Assembly: GCA_964234715.1 (NCBI GenBank)
Contig: OZ174277.1
Origin: Podarcis melisellensis
Lineage: Eukaryota
Direction: 5' to 3' (one strand)
Length of the DNA: 64,000 bases
Below the pieces are notes generated by a model. It did not search any database. It worked only from the letters and a program-made list of their open reading frames with translations, and was not told the DNA's origin. A program made the translations under genes and the position numbers. Positions 49,635 to 63,650 of the stretch are shown here, piece by piece; position 1 is the first letter of the stretch, and each line of letters begins with the position of its first letter.

Positions 49635-52600
49635 GTTCTTTATAGTTACTGCACAGGAGAAAACTGGCATAGCACACTCGCTCAGCTCCAAGGCCTTTAC
49701 TGGGGTAGAGCATGTGATCCCTTCAGGTGTTATTGGACCAGGACTCCCATTGTCCTTGTCCATTGCCTGTGCTAGCTGGGGTGATAAGAGCTGGAGTCCA
49801 ACAACACCTGGAGAGGTCAAAATTGACTACCCTGACATACACCTAAAGAGCATGAGGTACCCTTCCCAGGCCTCCAGGAAGAAAGAGAAACTATTAGTTT
49901 TCAGGCGGTCTTAAAATGAAATTGGGGCCAGCTATATGGTCCTGCTGCTCCTTGACTGAATGAACACCCCCTTGCAAAAATAATGCATAGAGGGGGCTCA
50001 GATTTGTTATTTAGTACACTCATATCCCTCCTTTCTGCCATCAAAGACTCAAGGCAGCATACATGGCATCCCCTTCAACATTCATCCAATGAAAATAGGG
50101 ACACCCTGGGCTTCCCAGATGGTTTCCCAACCAGGTACAAACAAAACCCAAGCCTGTTTAACTTCAGCAAGGTGGCTGTATCATGCAGCCTCAGTTCTAG
50201 CTTAGCCTTATCTCTGACGCTCTGTTGTTCTTTGTGCAGGGATATATCTCTTTCCACACAAAGTATCGTACAGTTACATGAGCTCCCAGCTGAAGTGCTA
50301 CAGGCCAGACCCAGGTTACTGCAGTTGCATAAGCACCAGGCATTTCAAGCATGTGACCCTGCAAGAATCCTGGGAATTGTAATTTGCCCCTTAAAAAGCG
50401 ACAATTCTCTGGGTTCTTTGGGGGGAAGTTATGAGCTATGATGTGTACACCACCTGCGTCAGGCTTATGTCCATCTCTCTGTCTTTTGTAGCAAACCACA
50501 TTTCCTCTAAAATTACTCTCCCCTCTTTCTCTTTCACAGCTGAGTTTCTGGAAACTATTTTCCTGCCTTTATCCTTCTGCTGCTTTTAAAAACAACAAAA
50601 CAGGGAAAGATAAGTTCAGCTTCTAGCCTGGAACATACAGATAAGGAGTTAGCACTGTCTCAAAAGTGACTTGGGGAGGGGCAGCTAGGTTTGTACAGGT
50701 CATATAGGATTTCTCTTCCTCTCCATTACAGGATAAGTGCTTTTCTTGCTAAGGCTGATACTGTATTTACTCGAGTCTAATGTGCCATCAAACGTAATGT
50801 GCACCTCAATTTTCAGAACCTTGAAACCCAAAAAAGTATTGGCTGGTGAATGTAAATTTGCCATCAAATCTAATGTGCACCTTAATTTTCGCAACGTAAA
50901 ATGACTTGATAATCTTATCAAGTGGCTGTGCTTTCTGTGGTGTTGTTCAATGGATAATGGTGGTGGTGCTTTCTGTGATGTTGTTCAATGGATCTATTTG
51001 CACACACATACCCAACCTTCCAAAGGTAAAAGGTAAAAAAACCTTCCACTCACCTGAATGCATGCAGTAAGACTTACTTCCCATGGTGAGGCAGGCAAAT
51101 CTTCTCTCCCCTCCCCCCCTTGCCCTGCATTCTGTCCAGGCTTCAATTAACATGCACAGAGTTGACGACTGATACTTGTTCTTTGCAAGCTAAAAGCTTG
51201 TGGCTATATTGGCAATGCTGCCTGTCCCATTCATAGAGCCTAGATTATAAAATGAGTTGCCAAGAAGGTTTCGATGCTTGCTTGAAATTTACAGAATGCT
51301 ACTCTCACAGTCATGAAAGAAAATCATTAAATTATGCTGCGGTTGGAGGATTCTCAAATGGAGAATAGTGTGGTTTGTTTGCTTTCAAGCCTTGTGCAAA
51401 ACTTCTAACCATCCGAGAATGAGAATATATAACTGTTGACATTTGGGCACCACTACAGGCACTAACTTTCTGGCACTCACTGAGTCCATGTTCACACTCA
51501 TAACAATATGATGCTGGAAACAGAACGGTTCTTTCAAAGCCTTTGTCTGAAAGGCAGCATAACCCTGATGCATAATCTTCCTTTGAAGATTATCATATAA
51601 ATGAAATTGCAGAAAAACAAACATATCCCTTTCTGTCTCTTGCATGAAATTAATGACCAAGAAGGTAGACAGAGATCAAGATATATTTACAAGTACCACT
51701 GCCTATTCTCTTAGTTTCCTTAGGCACTTGAGTAAGGATGGGAAACCTGTGGTCCTCCAGTTGTTGTTGGTCTCCAACTCCTGTCAGACCCAGCCAGCAT
51801 GATGGTCAGTGGTCTAGGATGAGGGGAACTGGAGTCTGACAACATCAGGAAGGCCATAGGTTCACCATCCTCATTAGGGAATGCAAATATACCATAGATT
51901 CCAGGGTGGTACCCCCTTCATGTGCTAATCATAGGAACCATGCAATTCAAGGGCTGCCTCCTGATGTTGTCATAAGGCATTGAGTGCAGACATCCAAGAC
52001 GGCTTCCATGGCAGTTGGACCTCTGTGTGATCAAGTTTTCATCAGTTGAGCAAGCTCTGTTTCACTATTGGTTTTGTACATGCACAAACCAAAGCCACAA
52101 CAAATGAAGACTCTCCAGATGTTGTTGGTTTCTACCTGTCCTCAGCCCAGACAGTATAGTCAGGGATTGTGGGAGTTGGGGCCCAACAACATCTGGGGGC
52201 CCACGGTTCCCCATCCCTGCACTAGGCTGTGAGTCACAAATTCTACAGCAACTGCTGGGTTTGAACAGTATCTCCCCATACTCCATCCTAAGGCAATTAT
52301 GTGGATTGCTTCATTTCCAGTGTAAGCGAATCTACTTTCAAGTGCTTTCATGAAATCCACTTAAAGCATGGTGGGCTGTGGTGTTGTTGTTTTTTAAGGT
52401 CCATATAGTTATAAGCAAAACTATTCAAGCACCTTTAAGAGGAATAATGCTTATGCTGACAGGTACTTAACTAAATTCCATTGTCCTGAACTAGGTCCAG
52501 GCACTGGTGGTCTCTGATGGGGATGTATATTTCCATGCACGTGGAAAGATGCACCTGGATATTCAGTGGGGTTTGGATAAGCATTGTAAGGCAGATGGAG

Positions 52601-53446
52601 AAGTGCATCTGGGTGCACGTCAACACAGGCAACACATGTACTACACTACTTGCACAGGTGGATTTTCTTGCTGGATTGGAGCATGGGAGTCACCTACTTC
52701 CACAATGACTTCCACATAACTAAAACAAGCAGCTGCTTGAATAGCCATTTGCCATCTTCTTGTTCTTATTTTGCTTCTATACAGGATCAACATTTGTAGT
52801 CTTCAGCCCTCTCTTATACCCTCCTTTGTATTTTAATGAGCTATGAAAAAGCTCTCAAAGGGCACCTGATTTCCCTTGGTGCTTGTTTTCCATTTTCAAA
52901 CTTCTCTGATGAGCACAGGCTTCAGAGAAGCCACTCTTATTAACTAATTCACAATGACTTTTGGGGGGAGGGGTGTGGGGGGCTTTGCACTTGTTAAGTG
53001 TCAAGGTATAAGGTTACTCTTCGTTGCGAACTCAGGTGCCTCCCTTGTGCAGCAACCAGGCAGCTCATTTGTATCTTGTTAAGTTTAATTACCAACCCAA
53101 GGAAAGAGCAGCCCTTTAGTTCAGGGATGATGCTCGTAAACTGGAGAAGAGAGAGAGAGAGTATCAGAGAGAGAGGAGAAGGGAAAGGAAAGGATGAACA
53201 TGATGCTTAAGGGCCACATTGTTTGACCACTTCATTTCAGGGGCTGATGGCTTCAAGTCCTGCTTCTTGGACAAGGATTGCTACTCCTTGCACAGACAGA
53301 TGGTAGGTGCAATCCTGCTCATGTCTACTCAGAAGTAAGCCCCATTGAGTTCATTGGGACTTACATGTACATGTAGAGGACCATCCTTTTCACACTTAAC
53401 TTCAGCTCGATGAGGCTTATTTTAGTGGGCATGTATAAGACATGTA

Positions 53447-53672
53447 CAGTGGTACCTCGGGTTAAGTACTTAATTTGTTCCAGAGGTCCGTTCTTAACCT
53501 GAAACTGTTCTTAACTTGAAGCACCACTTTAGCTAATGGGGCCTCCTGCTGCTGCCACACCGCCGGAGCACGATTTCTGTTCTCATCCTGAAGCAAAGCT
53601 CTTAACCCGAGGTACTATTTCTGGGTTAGCGGAGTCTGTAACCTGAAGCGTATGTAACCCGAGGTACCACTG
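53447..53672. mobile_element. Tigger-like MITE (opposite orientation to the 35394 and 48322 copies)
   Basis: Perfect TIR CAGTGGTACCTCGGGTTA / TAACCCGAGGTACCACTG, TA TSD. Confidence 0.92.
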
Positions 53673-56178
53673 TATAAGTCCATATAAAATATCCTCCATG
53701 TAGCTGTCACAGATGCTTCCAGTTCAGATTACTTCCAGATGAAGGTGCATGACAAGCTACACCTGCTTAAATAGTAGCTTCTGAATAGCTACGAAAAGCA
53801 CAGGAGTCTTGTTCTCTTTTGCATCTGGCTATCCTCTGTATCACTTCCCCTCCAGCTCTTGGAAGGGATGGAATTAGTATGTGCACCAGTATGTTCAGAC
53901 TGAAGCTTGTATTGTGCAGTGCTCTAGCTTGCCAGAAGCACCTTGCCAGAAGCACAAGCTGTAGGTCTCTTGTTTCGTGGCTCTTCGCCTATGAAACAAA
54001 GTCTGTGGCATGAAATGAAAATACATGAGTCCTAAAGTTCTTGAGGGGAGAAGCGGTAGAGCAGTTTCATCTGTGTTCATCTGATCAAAGCACTATATAA
54101 ATGCTACGTATTATTTCCAGCAGTCACTTAGTAGTGGTAACAAATACAAAATATTTAGGATTCCCAGCAATTATTATTTATAAATGAATGATCAAACTGT
54201 GCCAAATCCCATTAAATTTGCACTTAAATAATATGTTTTCTCTGTTTGAAAAACAAGAAAGAGAGAGAGAGAGAGAGAGTATACACATGTTTGAGAGTCA
54301 AACCAAGAGCAGTAAGAGACAAACAACAATTGCTTAAATAAAACAGATTGAATAACAAGTGGGGGAAATGTTATGACAGGAGACTACTGCATATAGGAAT
54401 TCTAAAGCTCAACAAGTGGAAAAAGAATGACAAGAGGGGAAGAAAACAACACACAATTCATTAATTTCCTGTGACTTAAAATCAGGCTCATAGAAAAGGG
54501 GTGGGGAATATTTTTCAACCTGAGGACAACATTCCCTTCATGGCAAACATTCAGGGGCCACAAACCAGTGTTGGGCAGCACAACTAATGTAAATATTACC
54601 TTTGTACATTAGGCTAGTTTCTTCACACACTCGCACCCAACTCTCTTCAGTATCCAGAGAAGCAAGGGACATTATTAGAATTCAGACTAAAAGAACAAAC
54701 AAACTCATGGCTGTGGAGCTTGCCAGACATGGGCACCACCACTGCCGGAACAGGACTGGTGTTAGGGGCATGTAGGGCTGTGTGGAAAGAGGAGTAGTGA
54801 AGTTGGATGCTTGATCCATCTGCTGTCTAAAGTGGAACGGTTTGGAGTCTCATGTTTCAAAGCTGATTGGATAATTCTTGGATTTGGGAAATCCAAATTT
54901 ACAGAGGGAAACCAGCAGAATTTTAGGGGGATGACATGTGAATGACACTTTTTAAATGGGAATTCAAACAGCTTCAAATATACATTAAACTCAGTTGTGG
55001 ACAAGTCCTAATCTTCCCCACTGTACCTATCACTCTGAAAGTTGGCTGATTTCATTGTCCCAGTAAATGCAGGCATGCCTGCCAGTTGCATCTGATTGTG
55101 ACCAAAAATAAAAAAAAGGTTAGAGATACTTTCTTTAAAAAACAGAAACAAAAAATGATAAAAGTTACCTGCATGAACACACCAGATGGATTTGCCTGCA
55201 ATTTGGCAGGAATAATCCATTTGGAGGCACTTCTTTGCCTGCAAATTTTATCTGCTTCTGTGAAAAGGAAAAATGGTATAGCAATTTTTAGTTTTCACAT
55301 TATAATCAATTGGGCAAAGGTGGGGAAACAGAACTTTTGATTAAACAGATTTGATCTGGTTCCAAATAATAAGTTGAATCAGAAAGTCGCAGAGCAAATC
55401 TAAAATAGATTGAGTTGCTTTCCAACACTACCTATGCAAAGTGAATTGGAGGACTGGAGACAGCCAATCCTCATAGCTAGTACAACGGTAACTGCAGTTA
55501 AGTATTTTCACTGTTTTCATGGGGCTTTCTTGTATATTGGGGCAGTAATTGAATAGTAATGAATGACAAGTCATTGTGTACCAATTAATTTCTGGGAAAC
55601 TTCTTGTTGTTGACATGGGGAAAACAAATATTACAACCACACAACATTCTACAAGATGCCAGTTGCATTTAGAGAAAAGTTTCTTTTTGACAGCCCTTCA
55701 GGCCTTTTTTTCCCTTTTCTTTGCATTTGCCTTCTGTCTTATTTAAGGGATGAGGCTTAATTCACATGGATGCTCATAGACAGCTTGCTCGCCTGCCACA
55801 CAAGTGTTTGCTAAGGATGCTGGCTGCCTGGCAATCCAAGGGTACAAGGATCATTAATCCCCACAAGACAGCAGAGACACAAGCAATTAAATGAGCCACA
55901 CAAGGACGTGACTTTGTGTTGTGCAACTGGGACCACGGTGGAGCTGCTTTGTGAATGAAATGAGACAGATTTATGTTTAAAAGTCTCTGCAAAGCTGGTT
56001 GTGAGTATCAAGCATTGCATTCATATCAGGGAATATAAATCGAACTTCAGGAGGCAACTTTGTAAAGTTCCAAACAAAACAAATAAACACACTGATTATT
56101 CTATACATCTGTGTGCCAGTGGCTGATCTTTGTACACATATCAGTTTGATGTACCAATCAACAAAACATCTTCATTAG

Positions 56179-56557
56179 GTAAAGGAAAGGACCCCTGAAT
56201 GGTTAAGTCCAGTCAAACACGACTATGGGGTTGTGGTGTTCGTCTCGCTTTCAGGTCGAGGGAGCCAGTGTTTGTCCACAGACAGCTTTCTGGGTCATGT
56301 GGCCAACATGACTAAACTGCTTCTGGTGCAACAAAATACGGTGACAGAAACCAGAGCACACAGAAACACTGTTTACTTTCCCACTGCAGCGATACCTATT
56401 TATCTACTTGCACTGGTATGCTTTTGAACTGCTAGGTTGGCAGGAGCTGGGACAGAGCAACGGGAGCTCACTCCAATGCAGGGATTTGAACCACCAACCT
56501 TCTGATCGGCAAGCCTAAGAGGCTCAGTGGTTTAAACCACAGCGCCACCCGTGTCCC
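56179..56557 (-). mobile_element. Sauria SINE, full length
   Basis: Reverse complement starts GGGACACGGGTGGCGCTGTGG; 14-bp TSD AACATCTTCATTAG / AACATCTTTGTTAG. Confidence 0.9.
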
Positions 56558-57322
56558 AACATCTTTGTTAGCCACATATTGAACACCTAATTCTCAGGTC
56601 CAGAGATATGCTGCAACTATGCTTGATTTTCTGCATGCCACTTGCAAACAAGAAGAATGGAAAGTCTATCCCATCTCAAGTCTGTGCATCTTTTTTTAAA
56701 AAGGAAAAATCCCTTTTTTAAAAACCACCCATTTCCTATATTTTCAACATATTTAAATTACTTTGGTTTCCTCCGTAGCATTTCCACCCTAAAGATTTCT
56801 TGCACACTGCAAACCTTGAGCTACCCCCCCCAAACATTATGATTCCTCCTTCTTTTGCATGGTCAATGCCTTTTTGCCTACACTCTCCCTGTGAAGACTG
56901 CAGATGGAGGGAATGATACAAGATGAAAAAAGATCGGACAGTGGAAAGTTCATGGTGGTGGTAGCACCAGGTGGCAGAAGCAAGTTGGATCTGCTGGCTC
57001 TTCCCCTTTGAGCAGGCAAGAAATTTCAGGTGTTAAGGATGATCACCGCACCCTTCTGCTTTTCACACAGAGCTCTTGAATGCTGAGAAGGCATGATCAT
57101 GGACAGTGGGGATGCATAAAGATTAGCACAGGGATGATGGGGGACAGCACTGACTAGAACTGACTGCCAGTCTGGGTTCATCTTAAGCGGCCATGAAGGT
57201 TCACCCAGCAGTTTTGTCAAATTTCAGGCAACTGGTCACCTCTTGCAAAAACTGTACCTGCATTTCTTCCCTCGGTATTGAAGGAGTTTGTCATGTAAAC
57301 TTGCCCAAGAAATCCAGACTTA

Positions 57323-57700
57323 CCGTATTGGCCTGAATACAAGCCTCACTTTCCCCCCAAATTCTGACCATGAAAAGTTAAAGTGTGGCTTATATTCGCG
57401 ACCTTACGGTATGCAGCCAGGAACGTGGGGCAAACAGCACCAGAAGCATGGCAAAGTGGCGTCTGCCCCACATGCAGTTCCCCGTCCTTTCCCCCAAGGC
57501 TGGAAAGGGAGAGAGTAAGGAAGGAAGGGGAAAGGCTGCCAGTAACGCAGCATGGCTCCCCGCCCCCCCAGTAGGCAGCCAGGAGCAGTAAGGAATGGAG
57601 CAGCTTATATTCCGGTATTTTTTTTCTTTTTTTCTCTCCCCCCTCCAATTTTAAAGGTGCAGTTTATATTCGGGTGAGGCTTTTATTTGGGTCAACACGG
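57323..57700. mobile_element. Tc1/mariner (Tc2-like) MITE
   Basis: TIRs CCGTATTGGCCTGAATACAAGCC / GGCTTTTATTTGGGTCAACACGG, TA TSD. Confidence 0.8.
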
Positions 57701-59213
57701 TACATTTAATATTCCAGGATATCTCCAAGAAGTACCACCACACACCTCCAGCTGAGGGCACAATTATTTCCTTACAGTTGGGGAGCTTCACAAAAATGCT
57801 CCTGGCACTGATCTTCTGTGCTGATACACAATAATTGAAATGTTCTGGATCTGAGATTAGTTTTCTGACACTTATTATATGTTAGCTGTAGGTGACAGTG
57901 ATATCTTAAGGCATGTTGGATTCCTCTTCCTATATGCTAATGAGACAACTTTTTGTTTGTTTGTTTGTTTGCTAGCCAAGTAACGATCAGGTTTCGGTTT
58001 CTCAGCATGTTCTTTTTACGTTCCAATTTTTATCCATCAAGTGAATACGTTTTGAAAGTTTACTTCAGCATCGGAAGGTTCTGAGAAGTGCTTAGCAGCA
58101 AGACAGCTAGGCTCTTTCTCCCCAAGAGTCCTCAGACATAAATTAAAATGCAAAGGGAAGTGTATCTACAAAGAAATACAGGAGGTGCTTAAAATGCATG
58201 AAATAGATAAGCACTGCAGCTTGTGAAACCTAAGAAAACAATTATTGGAGACTGGCTGTCAGGTGCATCTTATTGCCTTAAGTAAAATTGCTTTCTATTG
58301 CTCTTACTTTTCAGCTGGCGTTCTTGAGATGCCTTCATGACATCCCCCTTTCCAAACATACTTCAGTTTTCCCTTGCCAAATGGCTCATACCTAGTCTTA
58401 CTAATTAGCTTTATGGAAACTTTTGCTAGCAACGAAAACCCCAAACGTTGTGAATAAGATATTGTTCGTGCAGGACAAATTGTTTTTGCCCTATGGCAAG
58501 AAGCATGCCTTCATGAGCTGTCAGGTCGTTTGCATACCCGGTAGGGAGAATTTTGTTTTGCTTTGTTTTGGGCATTATAAATTCAGATTACTCCCACCAA
58601 AACATAACTCCTGCTTGAAGCAGAATAAATGATGGAGAAAGGGGCCAGAGGGCAAGAGCTGGCAGGCACTCACTCCAGAAAACATTGCCGGTGGAGAGGT
58701 TTGAGCAGGGCTTCACAACTATGCGTCATTCTAACTCAGAGAATAAAACCGAGTGTAACTAGGATTGTACAGGGGCTCCTCTGTTTTTCTCTCCTTGTTC
58801 CTGATGTAGATTTTCTCTTGCCCCTTCTTCCATGGCAGGGGAGAAGGGCTGCTATTTTGGGGTCTGCCTCAGGTGCCACAATGTCTTGGGTGGGCCAGCC
58901 TTGAATCGTTTCCACCACCACATATGCCACTAAGAGATAAATGGGCAAATAAACAAAATGGAGGAAGAAGAGACAAAATGGTGGTGTTGGGGTGTGTATG
59001 TGAAGAAAGATGGACATAGAGAGGGAGGAGGGAGGCAACAAGTAAATAAAATGAGTTCATATTTGTAAATACTCTAAAAGGAAAAGGACAGGTAAAATTA
59101 TCAAATGCATTACAAGTGTCCAATAAGACAATCACTATCATTTTACCCCCTTCCATGGTTTATGACATTTAATACTCCTCAGAAGGGATCTGATTTTCTT
59201 TTTCAAATAAATC

Positions 59214-60141
59214 TTTTTTTTAATATTTATTGAATTTTTTAAGTAATAGTATAACAAACAAACAAAGTTATAGCATAACATAACATATTTTCTCATCTTC
59301 TTGTGACCTCCTCACATCTCCCGCCCCTACCTTCCATTTTAAAAAGTTAATCCAGCAAATTATCACCTTACTTCCATCCTTACTGTCTGGTTATCGGTTA
59401 AATTTAGCCAAATAGTTATCCAAAAGAAAGTTTGTTTTATCTTACATTTTAACTTATCTTCCTATTCCACTTCATCTATTTTGATGGTGCCAAATTGTTT
59501 ATAATCAAGCATCCTGCTTAACATTCATACAGTTTACAATGTTTTTGCAAATAAATCTTAAATTTTTTCCAATCTTCTTCTACCGTCTCCTCTCCCAGAT
59601 CTCGGATTCTGCCGGTCATCTCAGCCAGTTGCATATAGTCCATCAGTTGCATCTGCCATTCTTCCAGTGTGGGTAAATCTTGAGTTTTCCAGTGTTTCGC
59701 GAGAAGTATCCTTGCTGCTGTTGTTGCGTACATAAAGAATGTTCGATCCTTCTTTACCACCCCTTGGCCGACAATACCCAAAAGGAAGGCCTCTGGTTTC
59801 TTAGAGAAGGTATACTTAAATACCTTTTTCAGTTCATTATATATCATTTCCCAGAAGGCCTTCACTTTAGGGCAGGTCCACCAGAGGTGAAAGAATGTTC
59901 CTTCATATTCCTTGCATTTCCAACACTTATTATCAGACAAGTGGTATATTTTTGCAAGTTTGACTGGGGTCATGTACCATCTATATATCATTTTCATTAC
60001 ATTTTCTTTCAAAGCATTACATGCAGTGAAATTCAAACCAGTAGTCCACAACCTTTCCCAGTCCTCAAACATGATATTGTACCCAATGTCCTGTGCCCAC
60101 TTAATCATGGCCGATTTTACCGTTTCATCTTGTGTGTTCCA
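59214..60141 (-). mobile_element. 5'-truncated L1 (ORF2 C-terminus plus 3'UTR), related subfamily
   Basis: ORF 59518-60108 is highly similar to the ORF2 C-terminus at about 32416-33003. AATAAA and A8 tail on the minus strand; 17-bp TSD TCTTTTTCAAATAAATC (59197-59213, 60142-60158). Confidence 0.93.
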
Positions 60142-60440
60142 TCTTTTTCAAATAAATCATACCTGATATGTACGGTACATATATATATTTGGAGATCATA
60201 CTGACCAGTCTCTGTGACAATATGTTTGCAGACAACTTTGCATAGATTGAGCCCACTATTTCCCCATTTTTATCTGGTTGTGTTTTGTTTTGTTTTTTAA
60301 AAAAGAACAACTGCAGTTGGGGTTTCCTTCTATGTAAATAGAATCCACCCTCTTGTCATAATGACATTGGTCATGTGAAATTTTTAGTCAGATACATCCC
60401 GCATTTCCTCAATTGGGATGAGACTATTATCACCTGATAT

Positions 60441-60612
60441 TGTTGTTGTTATTGTTTGGTCGTTTAGTCGTGTCCGACTCTTCGTGACCCCATGGACCAG
60501 AGCACGCCAGGCACTCCTGTCTTCCACTGCCTCCCGCAGTTTGGTCAAACTCATGCTGGTAGCTTCGAGAACACTATCCAACCATCTCGTCCTCTGTCGT
60601 CCTCTTCTCCTT
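60441..60612 (-). mobile_element. BovB 3' fragment
   Basis: Encodes RRRGRQRTRWLDSVLEATSMSLTKLREAVEDRSAWRALVHGVTKSRTRLND; (CAA)n tail; possible TSD CTGATAT. Confidence 0.9.
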
Positions 60613-62447
60613 GGGATCATACTGATATTACTTTGTCTAAATATTTATGTGTCCTGAGTTAGTTGTTGCTGGTGAATATAGAGGCTGGCAGGTTCCTTAT
60701 GACATAACAGTTGCACTAGGTCTGAACTAGGATCACACAAGATTGTACTTTGGTGATAGGAATGACAGTGACGGGGGCATTTTGCATAAAGTGAATACTT
60801 TATATGAAAAATATGCTGAGAACTGCAAGAGAAAACAAAAAGAACTGAAAGGTAGATCTCTGGTGATCTCCTTGTTCTTCCAAAGAGGCTTATCAAAGAG
60901 GCTTATCAAAGCCTAAATGTAGTTGTCTTGAACTACATTACAACATATTTTACATGCTCTTAAAATGCATTGCCACGTAAACTTTTAAAATAATAGGTTT
61001 CTCTTACGTTGTACATTTTATTGAAGATTGGGTTTACAATGCTTTATTGCAGATGGTAATGGAAGGGTTTTTCCAGATAGTAAGCTTCTTCAGGTCTCTT
61101 AGGAAAAGTGGGGTAATTCCCCCCCTTCCCAATAACAATCTGTTCTACCTTAAAAGTCTTCTCTCTTTCCTGCCATGCCAGTCCTGGAAGCTAGTGCTGT
61201 TGGAAGGAAGCAAAGAGATAGGCAGGCACCCATCCATCTTGGCCGCCTGTGATTATCCATCTTTATACTCTTTTTAGAGGAAGCGACTGTTCCGGTGAAT
61301 GATGCCATGTTGCTGCAGGTCGAGAAACAGGGGCTTGAAACAGCCAGGCACATTCCCCTTCCAAGCCCGTCAAACAGTTCATCACTGTTGCACCAACATA
61401 ACAAAGTGCTTTTTACCTCCTTAAAAAAACAATCCCATTCTCTTTTCGTAGCTTCCCTTTGGCCAAATTCAATTTTCCATAGAGACTATTTACATTCTGT
61501 TTTCCCCATACTTTATTCACTTGATTTCGGTGTATTTTTGAGGAGCTGCAGCAGCTCCACATTTGCATTTAGAAAAGAAACCACGAATGCACAGGAAATG
61601 CACATTCATGAACAGTTTCCCCCTCTCTTGCTTCACCCAAGAATCAATGTTGACACACAAAAAACTCCACACACACAAAAAAGCATTTTCAAGTCGCAGT
61701 TCCAGTCATAGTGCCACCCTTTCTGTGCAGTGACCATAGCTATGCGTTGCTGGCGGACCAGAGGGGAAGTATCCAGATCATGGTCTGCCAGTGAGGCTCC
61801 ACCCACTAGTGGGCTCCTGATTGGCCCATTTAGATTAGAGAATTTTGGGGTAAATACCACCCTGCAATGCGGTTGGTTTGATAGATTCTCAACAGTTGTC
61901 CAAGCCTGTGCATCTCAGTTGTGGATGGCGGACGATCCGTGAGGGGCCACAGATGGAAAAGGAGCAAATGGCCATTATAGCTGCTAAGACAAGGAGAAAT
62001 TCTGCTTTATGAAATCTTGTTGAAATGCTATTTTTTAAATGGTTAATCAAGATGATGTTATTCTCCTGAAGAAGGGCTGTAAGATGTTTTGCACACAAAA
62101 GGTCCCATGAACAAAACTCTCACTGGCAGACAGAAGTAGATAACAATTTTTGATGATGATGATGATGATAATTTATTTATACCCCTGCCCATCTGGCTGG
62201 GTTTCCCCAGCCACTCTGGGGGGCTTCCAGCAAAATAGTAAAACACAATAGTGTGTCAAACATTAAAAGCTTCCCTAAACAGGGCTCCTCTTCGTCTCAA
62301 TAGCCTACTCTGACCCTGAAATTCTGCTCCAGAAGGTTGGAAAACTCTGTAAAACAGCCAAGGAAGTGGTGTCTGGGGTTGCATGGGGAATCAGAAAACC
62401 TTATCTTTCTCTCCCTTCTATACCAGCAGCAACCTCCACTGGATTTA

Positions 62448-63019
62448 CCGTATTTTTTGCTCTATTAGACGCACCGGACCATAAGACGCACCTAGGGGAG
62501 GAAAACAAGAAACAAGTAAGCAACGTAAAGCTTCCTGGGTGAAGAGGGAGCGCTCCTCCCTCTTTGCTCAGGAGGCTTTGCGGGGCAATCCCTGAAGCCA
62601 GGAGAGCAAGCGGGATCAGTGTGCACCGATCCCTCTTGCCCTCCTGGCTTCAGTGAAAGCAAGCCTCCTGGCTTTCCCCCCACCTCCCACAAGAGTCGCG
62701 CACTCTTTAAAGGGAGGGTGGCTCTTGGGGGCTTAGGTGGGGGAAGGGACAGAGCTGCACCACCTCCCACGAAAGCCAGGGATAGGCGCACCAAGCCTCT
62801 GCAGGGGAGCAGGATGAAGGCTCCCCACTGCCCTGCGGAGGCTTCGTGCAACTAAGGCAGAAGCTAGAAGAGCGAGAGGGAGCTCTGTGCAGCACTCCCT
62901 CTTGCTGTTCTGGCTTCTGGGATAGCCTCGCAGCCTGCATTCGCTCCATAAGAAGCACACACATTTCCCCTTACTTTTTTTGGAGGGGAAAAGTGCGTCA
63001 TATAGAGCACAAAATACGG
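62448..63019. mobile_element. Non-autonomous Tc1/mariner element related to 27034-33881, inverted
   Basis: TIRs CCGTATTTTTTGCTCTATTAGAC / GTCATATAGAGCACAAAATACGG, TA TSD. Subterminal 'cacatttccccttacttttt' is the reverse complement of about 27070-27095. Confidence 0.85.
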
Positions 63020-63574
63020 TAAGTCCATTCTTTGAGTGGAAGGGCCCAAGCCAAAGATTGCTGGACAGCAGGTTAGGAAAGAGACGCAAGGGAAATAAAT
63101 CAAACCTTTCAGATCACATATGCCATGATGTGATTGTAGCTGACAAACCAGCAAACACCACTTGGAAACGAAAGCGCTTTGGGTTAAGGTCTGAGTTTAT
63201 GAAATCCAAACTGCACCATTTCTTCAAATTTCCCTATGAGAGTAATTTTAAGGATCAGGACAAATATTTCACACAGCCTTTAAATTTAAAGTTAAGTTGA
63301 AAGAAAGTGTGTGATTTTTCTCTCCAACTGTAGCTGCTGTCCAAACCTGAAAGCTATCCAGAACGGTGAAATGGATGAATCCAGGAAAACAAGTTGAGAA
63401 ATAAGGACCAGCTGCTTATTATTCAGTTGAAAAGCATCATCCAACAGCATTGAAACCACATACAGGAGATCATGAAACTTCATAAAAATGGCTCACAATA
63501 ATAAAGGTTTAAAAAACCAAAATATAACAAGACTCTGTGATGCTATTAGGGAAAACAGCATCGGAAAACTGAGT

Positions 63575-63650
63575 TACAGCTACTCAGAAGCAATCCCCAC
63601 TCAGTTCAATGAGATTTACTCCCAAGTAAGTGTGTATAGGATTGCAGCCT
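63575..63650. mobile_element. Short palindromic repeat family; copies also near 12330-12465 and 53306-53365
   Basis: 'tactcagaag...ccactcagttcaatgagatttactcccaagtaagtgtgtataggattgcagcc' recurs in diverged form. Confidence 0.55.

Noticed and set aside
49983-50499. Overlapping 152-aa, 100-aa and 60-aa ORFs as host exons
   Set aside because: No recognisable homology, no convincing splice sites, and partial overlap with a MITE.
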